A stretch of DNA of 64,000 nucleotides, from contig CALRZN010000018.1 of the NCBI GenBank assembly GCA_943372645.1, forward strand, positions 27,771-91,770, in the 5' to 3' direction. The notes under the pieces are model-generated. The model was not told the origin of the DNA and ran no database searches. It saw nothing but the letters and a program-made list of their open reading frames with translations. Both the position numbers and the translations under genes were made by a program. Source of the DNA: Chitinophaga pinensis (GTDB taxonomy: Bacteria > Bacteroidota > Bacteroidia > Palsa-965). Shown one piece after another: positions 27,374-37,485 of the stretch; the first letter of the stretch is position 1; each line of letters opens with the position of its first letter.

Positions 27374-27523
27374 AAATAGGTTTTAGAACAGGATTAAATT
27401 GATCCTGCGAAAATACAGGAAATATACTTGTATGGATACCTGATTGTTTTGAAGTTTCCCACAAACCCCAACAACAGGTTTTATAAGAAATGGAAAACGA
27501 TGAAAAATAAGGGAAGCGTTTTA

Positions 27524-30058
27524 TTAGAAACGCGAAATAAGGCGCAACCCGATCTGCCGGTTGGTGAGGTAATTCGGAACACCATACAACCGCGAGGTTA
27601 CATCTTTAATCCAGTAATAGGAAACGGTATTGTTCACCTGCAACAGGTTGTATACTTCCGCGCCCACCCACAGCGATTTCAGTACATGAAACGGATTGGA
27701 TTTACTCAGCGGCTTTTTCTCTTTGATAATTTCATACGAAAAACCAATATCCACACGCCGGTACGAAGGCATGCGGTTGGTGGCTAAGTAACGCTGGTGA
27801 TTCGGCGGTCCGAACGGAAGCCCCGTTCCGAAAATCAGCCCGAGGTTCATCTTGCAGTCGGGAAGCATGGGCAGGTAATCCTGGAAGTACATGGAAAATG
27901 TAACCAGCTGATCGGTCGGGCGCGGAATAAATCCCGGGTAAATGGTGATGCTGTCAACCGGGATGTTGTTTACGGTGTATCCCGGAATAATTGTATCACC
28001 GTCGCTGTTCAGGTAATAATTGTAATAATCATTGTACAGGTTTTCGCGCACCTGCATCACGGACAGGTTCACCCACGATTCGGTGCCTTTTACAAACTCG
28101 CCGTTCAGTTTCAGGTCAATGCCGTAGGTATAACCATACGCCATGTTGTCGCCGAAATAACGCAGGCGCACATCGTTCACTTCATACGGAATAATGTGAT
28201 CGAGGTATTTATAGAATGCTTCCGTAATAAAACGGAATGGACGCCCCCACGCTTTAAAATGCAGATCGCTGCCGAGCACCGCGTGAATCGAAGTCTGTGC
28301 TTTGATATCCGTATTCAGGTTGCCCGCAAAGTCGCGCAGTTCGCGGTAAAACGGGGGCTGCTGATACACACCGCCCGCCAGTTTAAACGAAACATCGCTT
28401 TTCCAGTAGGGTTTCCACACCAGGTTGGCGCGCGGACTGAAAAGCACCTGTCCGTTCATATCCCAGTAATTCACGCGACCGCCGATATTAAACGTAAGCC
28501 GCGACGTATCGCGCATTTCCCACGACCATGTGTGTTGTACAAAGCCCATTACGCGGTTCGAGAATAATTCGGCTTTGCCTTTAACCACTTCCTGCAATGT
28601 GATTTCATCGAGCGGGTAAAATGGCACCAGGTAGCCGGCCGAATCGGTAAGGCTCCATTCGCTCAGCTGATCGTAAATACGTTCGTGCTGGTATTTAATG
28701 CCCCAGCCGAGCACGCCATGTTCATGTATCAGTTTGCCCTGGTGTTCACCATTAAAAACGTAGGCATCCAGGAAATTGCGCGCATGGTTCAGAAAGCCGC
28801 CCACGCCGCGGTTAAAAGCTACCTGTCCGAAAGTAGGTTTACCAAAATCCGTTTCCAGCTGATCAATAAAATACTGGCCTTCCACATCAAACGTTTCGTC
28901 TTCGTGCGTGATGAATGATGAACCCGTAAAACGCAGCGTGAGGTTGCGGTGATTGTCGAACTTCGCAGATAATGCATTAAAACTGGTACGGAAGCGGTTC
29001 AGTTCCTGGCCGTCGAAGAAAACGGTGAATTTATACGCTTCGTTCAGTGTACCGAAATTGGTTTCCCGTGTTTCCGGAACCAGTTCGTACCGGTTCTGCG
29101 CGAGGTTACCGAGGTAATTCAGTTCCCATTCATCTGACATGGAATAGGTGAGCATGGTTTGCACATCGGTAAAAACGGCCGTGTAGTCGCCATCCGTGTC
29201 TAAGTTTTTCAGCAGGTACTGGTTGCTCTTCTGGCGGAAGCCGAGCATCCATGTAAATCGTTTTTCAGGACCCACACCTTCCACTTCAACGCTGCCGCCA
29301 AGAAAACCGGCCGAAACGGTTCCCCGGAATTTGGTCGGGCGCCGGTACGTAATATCAAGTACCGAAGCCAGTTTGTCGCCGTATTTGGCTTCAAAACCGC
29401 CGGCGGAAAAATAGATCCGGTCAATCATATCGCCGTTTACAAAACTCAGCCCCTCCTGCTGGCCCGAGCGGGTGAGGAACGGGCGATACACTTCAATGCC
29501 GTTTACATAAACGAGGTTTTCATCAAAACTGCCGCCGCGCACCGAATACTGCGAACTCAGTTCGTTATTACTCTGCAGCCCGAGTATGGGTTTGAGTGCC
29601 GACAGCGCATCGCCGCCAACTGTGGGTACATAGGGAATAGCGGTTACCGGGATATAAATTCCGGTTTCATAATCGCCGTGAATAACCGCAGTATCTCCGT
29701 TAATGGACGGTTCGAGTTCCAGCAGTTTGTGCCGCGATTCGCCGGGGGCGAGTTTCAGCAGGAAGTCGCGCGATTTGTAGTTCGCAAAACCAATTTTTAT
29801 AATGACCTGTTTATTGGCAGGAATGGTGAGTTTGAAAAATCCGGCACTGTCGGTATAGGTTCCTTTGCTTTTGCCGTTCAGGATGTAGGCCACAGCAGCG
29901 TGTTCAATCGGACTACCGCTGAAATCCACCACGCGCCCGGTTAAGGTTGCAGTACTGTCCCGCTGTGCCATGCCCACCCCGGGAAGGATAATAAAGGCAA
30001 AAAGCAGTACCAGGGCCGGAACAGTAATTTTCCGCAGCACGGGAAATGGAAACGTCAT
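27524..30058 (-). CDS. TonB-dependent receptor with an N-terminal carboxypeptidase-regulatory-like domain
   Basis: LTGRVVDFSGSPIEHAAV (CRD), plug motifs (SVRGGSFDENLVYVNGIEVY) and a long beta-barrel ending ...GLRLISRF. Confidence 0.85.
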   Translation of the reverse strand: MTFPFPVLRKITVPALVLLFAFIILPGVGMAQRDSTATLTGRVVDFSGSPIEHAAVAYILNGKSKGTYTDSAGFFKLTIPANKQVIIKIGFANYKSRDFLLKLAPGESRHKLLELEPSINGDTAVIHGDYETGIYIPVTAIPYVPTVGGDALSALKPILGLQSNNELSSQYSVRGGSFDENLVYVNGIEVYRPFLTRSGQQEGLSFVNGDMIDRIYFSAGGFEAKYGDKLASVLDITYRRPTKFRGTVSAGFLGGSVEVEGVGPEKRFTWMLGFRQKSNQYLLKNLDTDGDYTAVFTDVQTMLTYSMSDEWELNYLGNLAQNRYELVPETRETNFGTLNEAYKFTVFFDGQELNRFRTSFNALSAKFDNHRNLTLRFTGSSFITHEDETFDVEGQYFIDQLETDFGKPTFGQVAFNRGVGGFLNHARNFLDAYVFNGEHQGKLIHEHGVLGWGIKYQHERIYDQLSEWSLTDSAGYLVPFYPLDEITLQEVVKGKAELFSNRVMGFVQHTWSWEMRDTSRLTFNIGGRVNYWDMNGQVLFSPRANLVWKPYWKSDVSFKLAGGVYQQPPFYRELRDFAGNLNTDIKAQTSIHAVLGSDLHFKAWGRPFRFITEAFYKYLDHIIPYEVNDVRLRYFGDNMAYGYTYGIDLKLNGEFVKGTESWVNLSVMQVRENLYNDYYNYYLNSDGDTIIPGYTVNNIPVDSITIYPGFIPRPTDQLVTFSMYFQDYLPMLPDCKMNLGLIFGTGLPFGPPNHQRYLATNRMPSYRRVDIGFSYEIIKEKKPLSKSNPFHVLKSLWVGAEVYNLLQVNNTVSYYWIKDVTSRLYGVPNYLTNRQIGLRLISRF

Positions 30059-30071
30059 AGAATTGAATAAA

Positions 30072-30722
30072 CTATTGTTTTTTTAGTGCCCCGCTGCGCC
30101 AGGCCTGCACAAATCGTGACCATGCAATGGGGTTCAGCAGGTTGTTGGGAGGTAACTGACCTGCGTAATACATTTTCGAGCTTTGCTGCTGCATGGTGGC
30201 TTTGTAGGCCATGCCGGCATCGTTGCCGATAGTGGATGCGGTTTGCACGAGGGCGGCCTGCTGCAGGTTTTTGTTTGCACGGGCAAGGTCGTCGTTAGCC
30301 ACTTCGAGGCGCAGAAATGCGTCTTTAAATTGTTCTTTGCTCGGCCAGGGATAAATAACGGCTTCCTTGAGTTCAAACGTATCGCGTTTGAGGAGTTGAA
30401 TAAGTGAATAGCGGTTGGAGGTAAGTGTATCGGGCAAAATAAACGATGCATTGTGATAGCCCAATGTTATAAACTGGATGGTATCACCTTTCTGCGCCAC
30501 AAACGAAAAGTATCCGGAAGCATCGGCAAACGTGCCGCGGTTTGTGTTTTTAATAATAACTGCAGTGAAAGGAACAGGTTGCAGGCTGTCAGAATCTACC
30601 ACCACACCGGAAAACTGGAGAATGCTGCGTTCCGGAGCAGGAACAGCGTTTACCTGGGCGGCTAACGGTAAGCCGGAGATCAGTACAGCCACGAGGCTTA
30701 AGATGTTGCGTAAGTTGTTCAT
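30072..30722 (-). CDS. carboxypeptidase-like regulatory domain-containing protein
   Basis: Signal peptide, then FSGVVVDSDSLQPVPFTAVIIKNTNRGTFADASGYFSF. It is co-directional with, and 13 nt upstream of, the TonB-dependent receptor. Confidence 0.7.
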   Translation of the reverse strand: MNNLRNILSLVAVLISGLPLAAQVNAVPAPERSILQFSGVVVDSDSLQPVPFTAVIIKNTNRGTFADASGYFSFVAQKGDTIQFITLGYHNASFILPDTLTSNRYSLIQLLKRDTFELKEAVIYPWPSKEQFKDAFLRLEVANDDLARANKNLQQAALVQTASTIGNDAGMAYKATMQQQSSKMYYAGQLPPNNLLNPIAWSRFVQAWRSGALKKQ

Positions 30723-30732
30723 GTATCGTGTT

Positions 30733-30740
30733 CAAAGTTA
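30733..30740 (-). promoter_or_regulatory. Candidate -7 box (TAACTTTG on the minus strand) for the CRD/TonB-dependent receptor operon
   Basis: Matches TAnnTTTG, 10 nt upstream of the ATG at 30722. It overlaps a gttaca-N6-tgtaac inverted repeat (30738-30755). Confidence 0.35.
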
Positions 30741-30879
30741 CAAATAATTGTAACGGAACCTGCTTTTGCCAGTGTAACAACTGTGGTTCCGTCTTTTTAT
30801 TGCCTGTGACGGCAAAAAATACAATTGTTTGCCCCGCCGGCTGTTTTTTTGGCTACTTTTAACACGCTAAAATCAACTG

Positions 30880-31962
30880 ATGAAACACACTTACCTTACC
30901 CTGCTGGTCCTGGGTGCCACACAACTGCTTCATGCCCAGATTACAATATCGAGCAGCGACATGCCTGCACCAAACGATTCGGTGCGGTTCAGCTATACTA
31001 CCGGAATCGGAAATGCCGATCAGCACCTGACCGGTCCGGCTTACCTGTGGGATTATTCATTTCTCACGCCCAACGCACAGGAGCGCGTAACATTTGAAAC
31101 ACCAGCCGCTTTCCCGTTTTCGTTTACGGCAACGGTAGGTGTATTTAATCCATCCCCCGATTCAATTCCCGGAATCGGCGCTATTCCTACCGATTTCTAC
31201 GATTATTTCAAAAACAGTTCATCGGGTTACCGGCAGGTGGGTTCCAGTTTTACATTCAGCTTCCAGTTTCCGATTCCGATTATTTATTCGAGTTCCGATT
31301 ACCTGTACCGTTTTCCGCTGCAGGCCGGTAACATAGACAGTTCTGATGCGGCTTACGGATTCCAGGTTCCGAGCCTGGCCTACATCGGGCAGGAACGCCA
31401 CCGCGTGAACAACTGCGACGGCTGGGGAACACTGATAACGCCGTTCGGTTCATTCCAGACACTGCGTGTGAAATCGGTCGTTGACCAGACCGATACCATT
31501 TCGTTTGATTCAACCGGTGGATTTGCGATTCCCCGCCCCCAGCTTATTGAGTACAAATGGCTGGGACAGAATAGCCTGGTTCCGCTGCTGCAGATTGATG
31601 CACAGGTACTTTTCAATAACGAGGTGATAACCGGCGTAACCTACCAGGACAGCCTCCGCGACAGCGTGTTCCAGGTAACAGTGCCGGAACAGCAGGGTGC
31701 ATTTTATGCAAATGTCTATCCGAATCCGGCCAGCTCCGACGGACAATTCCTTGTGTATTATGAACTGAAAAGTGCTTCCACCGTTGATATTGAAATTTAC
31801 AACGGAAACGGGCAGCGCATTTTAAATCCCGTGAACCAGATGCGCAAACCGGCAGGAATCCAAACCGAGCCGGTAAGCCTGTACGGTTATCCTGCCGGGA
31901 TTTACCTGCTTCGGGTCAGGGCAGGGGCGCATACGATCACGCATCGTATTGTAAAACAGTAA
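30880..31962 (+). CDS. T9SS type A sorting domain-containing protein
   Basis: Signal peptide present. C-terminus VYPNPASSDGQFLVYYEL...IEIYNGNGQRI...PAGIYLLRVRAG...HRIV. Confidence 0.8.
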   Translation: MKHTYLTLLVLGATQLLHAQITISSSDMPAPNDSVRFSYTTGIGNADQHLTGPAYLWDYSFLTPNAQERVTFETPAAFPFSFTATVGVFNPSPDSIPGIGAIPTDFYDYFKNSSSGYRQVGSSFTFSFQFPIPIIYSSSDYLYRFPLQAGNIDSSDAAYGFQVPSLAYIGQERHRVNNCDGWGTLITPFGSFQTLRVKSVVDQTDTISFDSTGGFAIPRPQLIEYKWLGQNSLVPLLQIDAQVLFNNEVITGVTYQDSLRDSVFQVTVPEQQGAFYANVYPNPASSDGQFLVYYELKSASTVDIEIYNGNGQRILNPVNQMRKPAGIQTEPVSLYGYPAGIYLLRVRAGAHTITHRIVKQ

Positions 31963-32217
31963 AAGATCATCCCTGATTTACAGTAAAATGTACTGATTAT
32001 CCGATTCGTTTTATCAGTAAATGCAACCTCTCGTCAGAAATCAACGTATAAGGGATGTCGTACACCATTCAGGCAAACATATGGGCCAAACTTACGATCC
32101 AGAATTAATAAAAAAATCGTTCATCGTTTGTAATAATCCCTCTTCCGGAGCGATTGTTCCTGTGGCTATGCAATCATTTGAGGCTTTACAACAAGTAACA
32201 CTATTTATTTCTCTGCT

Positions 32218-35200
32218 ATGAAAAAATTACTTACGCTGATCCTGCTGGCGTTTTCGGGAATTGTGCTGCGTGCGCAGGACATTTCTGTTATTTCCATACA
32301 GGCTCCTGTTAGCGGCTGTGCGTTAACCGCCACCGAAAACGTGACGATCCGGATATTTAACTATGGTCCCACCTTAACTGCGGGCTCATCGTTTAACGTA
32401 TCCTATACGATTAACGGAGGTCCGCCGGTTACCGAACTGCTCACACTCGGCAGCAACCTGCTTTCCAACTCCACGCTCAACTATACGTTTACCACGCAGG
32501 CCAACCTGTCGGTTCCTGGCTCTTATACGTTTGATGCGACCTGCAACCTCGTGGGCGATATCAATCCGAGCAATAATGCATTCAACGGCTATATTGTAAC
32601 AAATACAGCACCCTCTGTAGGCGGAACCATTGCAGGACCGAGCAGTGTCTGTCTCAGCGGAAACAGCGGAAACCTGACACTCAGCGGGCACACCGGCAAC
32701 GTATTGCGCTGGGAATACTCAACCGACGGCGGTTTTACGTGGATCAACGTTACCAATACATCTACCACACAGCCTTACAATAACCTGACTGTACCGACCC
32801 AATACCGTGCAGTGGTGCAGAGCGGCGGATGTACCCCGGCATTTTCAACACCGATTTCCATTGCCATTGACAATCCGTCGGTTGGCGGAACACTTTCACC
32901 GGGGGCTAATGTGGTTTGTATCACCAGTAACTCCGGTGTGCTTACGCTCAGCGGCCGCACAGGAACAATTATCCGCTGGGAGTTTTCTACTGACGGCGGC
33001 CTAACCTGGACGAATATTGCAAACACACTGGCTACCTATACGTACATCGGGCTTACACAAACCACGCAGTTCCGGGTACTGGTGCAGAATGCATCCTGCT
33101 CGGCAACGTATTCATCAATTGCAACTGTTACTGTTTCACCGGCTTCCGTGGGTGGTTCAATTGCCCCGGCCGTAACATCGGTTTGTGCACCAACCAACAG
33201 CGGCACATTAACACTGAGCGGCCACACGGGTGCTGTAAACCGCTGGGAGTTTTCAATTGACGGCGGACTTACCTGGACTGCAATTGTCAACACTACCACA
33301 ACCTTAAACTTTACAAACCTGACTGTATCACGTTTATACCGTGCACGCATTATCAGCGGAACCTGTTCGCCGGTATTTTCAGCAACAGCCGCAGTAAACG
33401 TAACAGCAGCTTCCATCGGCGGAACAATTGCTCCAGCATCTGCAACCGTTTGCAGCGGGGCAAACAGCGGTACACTCACCCTGGGCGGTAATGTGGGCAA
33501 CGTGGTGCAGTGGGAAAATTCCATTGACGGCGGAGTTACCTGGACTGTGATAGCCAACACCACCAACACAGAGAATTACACCAACCTGATCACAACCACC
33601 CTGTACCGTGCGCTTGTTCAAAGCAGCGGCTGCACGGCAGCATATTCATCAACTACAACCATCACGGTTAGTCCGACTTCTGTTGGCGGAACAACAGCAA
33701 CTCCGATATCGGTATGCAGTGGTTCGAACAGTGGTTCGGTAACCTTATCGGGACAAACCGGTTCTATTACCCGCTGGGAATTTTCGACCGACGGCGGCCT
33801 TACCTGGAGCCCGATTGTAAACACGACTACCACGCAGGCATTTACAAACCTGACACAAACCACGCAGTACCAGGTTATCGTACAGAGCGGTGTATGTCCG
33901 GCCGATACCTCGGGTATCGTAACAATTACAGTTGATCCGGTTACAGTAGGTGGAACGACCTTACCCGCAAACGATACCGTTTGTTCGGGTGCAAACAGCG
34001 GAACAATAACGCTGTCGGGCAACGTAGGCAATGTGATCCGCTGGGAATTATCAACTGATAACGGGCTTACCTGGATTTCAATCGGTAACACAACAACATC
34101 ACAGACGTACAACAACATCAATACGTACACGCTGTACCGTGCTGTGGTACAAAGCGGAACCTGTTCGCAAACGTTTTCATCGGTTGCAGCAGTAACTGTT
34201 GATCAGCCTGCAACCGGCGGAACGCTTTATGGTTCAACCACCGCATGCAGCGGCAGCAACAGCGGAACGATTACACTTATCGGCGCAATCGGAACCATTT
34301 CGAACTGGGAAAGCTCATCGGACAATGGCGTTACCTGGACAGCGATTGCCAACACAACAACGAGCCTTAATTTCCTGAATCTGACGGACACCACCTTGTA
34401 TCGTGTAATCGTTACGAACGGTGTTTGTAATGCGGATACGTCCACTCTGGCTACTATTCTTATTGATGAAGTATCGCTGGGCGGAACAGTAACTGTTGAT
34501 GATACCGTTTGCAGCGGGGCGAACAGCGGATTTGTAACACTGAGCGGACACCGCGGTATTGTGGACGGCTGGGAGTTTTCTACGGACGGCGGTTTTACCT
34601 GGATCAACATTTCGAACAGCACCACCACGCAGAACTTCCTGAACCTTACCGCAACCACCATGTACCGTGCACGTGTGCAGAACGGGGTGTGTTCACCGGT
34701 GAACTCCACATTTGCAACCATTACGGTTGATCCCCCTGCTACGGGCGGAACTGTTACCGGCAGCACAACAGTGTGTGCTTCGGGCAACAGCGGCAGCCTC
34801 GTGCTCACCGGTTATTCCGGCAGTATTGTAAGCTGGGAGACATCGGCTGACGGCACAACCTGGGTACCGAACGGCAATACCACTGCAACTGAAAGTTATA
34901 CCAACCTGGCCGATACAACATGGTACCGTGTAATTGTAAGCAGCGGCGTTTGCGGATCAGATACTTCTTCAATGGGTTCTGTTGTTGTTGATCCCGCTAC
35001 AGTAGCCGGTGCTGTTACGCTTAACGATACGGTTTGTTCCGGTACCAACAGTGGCACCATTTACCTGAACGGACAAAACGGTGCAGTAACCGGCTGGCAA
35101 TATTCTACCGATGGTATGAACTGGATTGCGCTGGCGAACACCGCCGATTCACTGAACTATGCCAACCTGCTGCAGACGACCTATTACCAGGCCGTGGTGC

Positions 35201-36501
35201 AGAGCGGGGTGTGTCCGTCGCAGTTTTCATCAATGGATACTATAACCGTAACAACACCAGCTTCAGCCGGAACAATTACCGGATCAACACCGGGTTGTGA
35301 AGGCACAAATGCGGGAACATTAATTCTCAGCGGCTACAACGGTTCTATTACCGGCTGGCAGGTTTCAACGGACGGCGGAGCAACCTGGACACCGATTGTC
35401 AACACCACCGCTTCACAGACCTACCTGAACCTTACTGATACCACCTGGTACAATGCCATTGTAAGCAATGGCGCCTGCGCTGCAGATACATCTGCACCGA
35501 TTACGGTAGTGGTATATCCGAAACCGGCTGCATCGTTTACAGCATCAAACAGCTGTCTCGGAACAGCCACCGCATTTACTAATACCAGCACTGTTTCAGT
35601 GGGCGGCATCCAGTTTAACAACTGGGATTTTGGAAATGCAACCAATTCCATTTCTGTTAGTCCTTCTTACACGTATGCTTCAGCAGGGAACTATAACGTA
35701 GTTCTTATTGCAACTTCCAACTTCGGTTGCAGTGATACGGTAACCAATGCGGTAACTGTAAATGCATTGCCTTCGGCACAGATAACCTCGGCAGGCGCAT
35801 CTCCGTTCTGTCTTGGTGATACGCTTACACTGAGCGTTCCGATGGATACATTGCATACCTACCTCTGGAATACCGGAAGCACACAGAACAGTATCCAGGC
35901 CGATACCAGCGGAAACTATGTGGTTACGGTTACTGATACAGCTACCGGTTGCACCGCAATGGATTCTGTTGCACTTACACAACTGATGCCACCTGTGGCG
36001 GATGCGGGTCTTGATTCAAGCATCGGTTTCGGTCAGTCTATTGTACTCAATGGCAGCGGCGGAAACGGAGCCAGCTACGACTGGACACCGTACACCGGCC
36101 TGAACGATCACAGCATTGCTGCTCCGACAGCCACACCGGTTTCCACAATAACCTACACGCTGCTGGTAACGGCAGCCAATGGTTGCAGCGATACAGATCA
36201 GGTTACCATAACACTGATACAGGATTACAACCTGCTTATCACCAACCTGGTTACGGCCAATGCTGACGGGCACAACGACACCTGGGTTGTCCAGGGAATA
36301 GAAAACTATCCCAACAACGAAGTACATATTTTCAACCGCAACGGAATGGAAGTATTTACTGCACAGGGTTATCATAACGAGTGGAATGCTACGTACAACG
36401 GGCAGCAGGTTCCGGACGGAACATACATCTATATCATCAAATTCACCGATTCGGATGTAGTGCTTAAAGGAGCAGTAACCGTACTCAGCAGCAAAGACTA
36501 A
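32218..36501 (+). CDS. Giant T9SS type B cargo/adhesin: CARDB-like N-domain, 11 Asp-box-containing repeats, PKD and Ig-like modules, gliding-associated C-terminal domain
   Basis: Signal peptide present. Repeats are described in the separate repeat feature. PKD module FTNTSTVSVGGIQFNNWDFGN...GNYNVVLIATS. C-terminus LITNLVTANADGHNDTWVVQGIENYPNNEVHIFNRNGMEVF...GTYIYIIKF. Confidence 0.9.
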   Translation: MKKLLTLILLAFSGIVLRAQDISVISIQAPVSGCALTATENVTIRIFNYGPTLTAGSSFNVSYTINGGPPVTELLTLGSNLLSNSTLNYTFTTQANLSVPGSYTFDATCNLVGDINPSNNAFNGYIVTNTAPSVGGTIAGPSSVCLSGNSGNLTLSGHTGNVLRWEYSTDGGFTWINVTNTSTTQPYNNLTVPTQYRAVVQSGGCTPAFSTPISIAIDNPSVGGTLSPGANVVCITSNSGVLTLSGRTGTIIRWEFSTDGGLTWTNIANTLATYTYIGLTQTTQFRVLVQNASCSATYSSIATVTVSPASVGGSIAPAVTSVCAPTNSGTLTLSGHTGAVNRWEFSIDGGLTWTAIVNTTTTLNFTNLTVSRLYRARIISGTCSPVFSATAAVNVTAASIGGTIAPASATVCSGANSGTLTLGGNVGNVVQWENSIDGGVTWTVIANTTNTENYTNLITTTLYRALVQSSGCTAAYSSTTTITVSPTSVGGTTATPISVCSGSNSGSVTLSGQTGSITRWEFSTDGGLTWSPIVNTTTTQAFTNLTQTTQYQVIVQSGVCPADTSGIVTITVDPVTVGGTTLPANDTVCSGANSGTITLSGNVGNVIRWELSTDNGLTWISIGNTTTSQTYNNINTYTLYRAVVQSGTCSQTFSSVAAVTVDQPATGGTLYGSTTACSGSNSGTITLIGAIGTISNWESSSDNGVTWTAIANTTTSLNFLNLTDTTLYRVIVTNGVCNADTSTLATILIDEVSLGGTVTVDDTVCSGANSGFVTLSGHRGIVDGWEFSTDGGFTWINISNSTTTQNFLNLTATTMYRARVQNGVCSPVNSTFATITVDPPATGGTVTGSTTVCASGNSGSLVLTGYSGSIVSWETSADGTTWVPNGNTTATESYTNLADTTWYRVIVSSGVCGSDTSSMGSVVVDPATVAGAVTLNDTVCSGTNSGTIYLNGQNGAVTGWQYSTDGMNWIALANTADSLNYANLLQTTYYQAVVQSGVCPSQFSSMDTITVTTPASAGTITGSTPGCEGTNAGTLILSGYNGSITGWQVSTDGGATWTPIVNTTASQTYLNLTDTTWYNAIVSNGACAADTSAPITVVVYPKPAASFTASNSCLGTATAFTNTSTVSVGGIQFNNWDFGNATNSISVSPSYTYASAGNYNVVLIATSNFGCSDTVTNAVTVNALPSAQITSAGASPFCLGDTLTLSVPMDTLHTYLWNTGSTQNSIQADTSGNYVVTVTDTATGCTAMDSVALTQLMPPVADAGLDSSIGFGQSIVLNGSGGNGASYDWTPYTGLNDHSIAAPTATPVSTITYTLLVTAANGCSDTDQVTITLIQDYNLLITNLVTANADGHNDTWVVQGIENYPNNEVHIFNRNGMEVFTAQGYHNEWNATYNGQQVPDGTYIYIIKFTDSDVVLKGAVTVLSSKD
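32608..35517 (+). repeat. Eleven tandem ~264-bp (88-aa) coding repeats
   Basis: Each unit reads ..VGGT....VC.G.NSG.LTLSG..G.I..WE.S.DGG.TW..I.NTT....Y.NLT.TT.YR..VQSG.C........I.V. The Asp-boxes are WEYSTDGGFTW, WEFSTDGGLTW (x2), WEFSIDGGLTW, WENSIDGGVTW, WELSTDNGLTW, WESSSDNGVTW, WEFSTDGGFTW, WETSADGTTW, WQYSTDGMNW and WQVSTDGGATW. Confidence 0.9.
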
Positions 36502-36522
36502 CCGCCCCAAAAAAAGAACGAT

Positions 36523-37467
36523 ATGAAAAAGCTCATATATACCATCAGTGTTTTATGCGGTACCTGGTTTGCAGCCGGTGCGCAGCAACTGCCGCTTTAC
36601 AGCCAGTATTATTTTAATCCGTTCCTGTACAATCCTTCGATGACCGGGATCAGCGATGAAACGAATGTGAACCTCGTTCACCGTTCGCAATGGACAGCCA
36701 TTCCGGGGGCGCCGGTTACCAATGCACTTACATTGGACGGAGCCATCAACGACAAAAAGATGGGACTCGGGTTTACGGTTTTTAATGATGTGCAGGACAT
36801 CAGCGAGCGGATGGGATTATACGCATCGTATGCGTACCGTCTTAAAATCAATGATGACAACCGGGTGCTTTTCGGTTTGTCAGGCGGATTTCTCGACAAC
36901 CGCATTGATTTTGCAAAAGCAGTGGTGATTGATAATACCGATCCGATGCTGTTCTCTTCGCTGCAGCGCAAAAGCACGCTTGATGCGAGTGTAGGTGTTA
37001 CCTACGAATGGACCAAACTACGTGTTGGTATTGCAGTACCGCAACTGGTGGGGCAATTCGTTCCGTTTGCGGATAACAATGATCCACGTTCCTATTACCA
37101 GCTGAACCGCCATTACCTCGGATCGGCACAATATGAATTTACGCTGAGTGAAGCCGCTGAACTTAAACTGGAGCCGCTGGCCATGGTTCGTTTTATGAAA
37201 AACGCCCCGGTGCAGTATGATGTGAATGCCATCCTGAACTGGAAAAACATGGGCTGGTTTGGTGTATCGTATCGCAGCAATTACGCGGTGGGAGCCAATG
37301 TGCGCATTAAGCTGTTCAACAGCCTGAGTGCCGGTTATGCTTACGATTTTATTCTTACACCGTTGCGTACTTCGGGTGGATTCAGTCATGAATTCCAACT
37401 CGGTTACACGTTCGGTCAGCTTTCGGGCGGAAACGCCGTGGGCCGTGTACGTGCCAAATACGATTAA
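36523..37467 (+). CDS. PorP/SprF family type IX secretion system membrane protein
   Basis: AQQLPLYSQYYFNPFLYNPSMTG...VNLVHRSQW and ~314 aa. It follows the type B cargo gene by 21 nt. Confidence 0.85.
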   Translation: MKKLIYTISVLCGTWFAAGAQQLPLYSQYYFNPFLYNPSMTGISDETNVNLVHRSQWTAIPGAPVTNALTLDGAINDKKMGLGFTVFNDVQDISERMGLYASYAYRLKINDDNRVLFGLSGGFLDNRIDFAKAVVIDNTDPMLFSSLQRKSTLDASVGVTYEWTKLRVGIAVPQLVGQFVPFADNNDPRSYYQLNRHYLGSAQYEFTLSEAAELKLEPLAMVRFMKNAPVQYDVNAILNWKNMGWFGVSYRSNYAVGANVRIKLFNSLSAGYAYDFILTPLRTSGGFSHEFQLGYTFGQLSGGNAVGRVRAKYD

Positions 37468-37485
37468 TAAACTGAATCCGAAATT

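Noticed and set aside
32021-32221. 66-aa ORF in the 255-nt gap upstream of the 1427-aa adhesin gene.
   Set aside because: No motifs and no promoter-like context, and it ends overlapping the adhesin start. It is probably a non-coding leader/promoter region.
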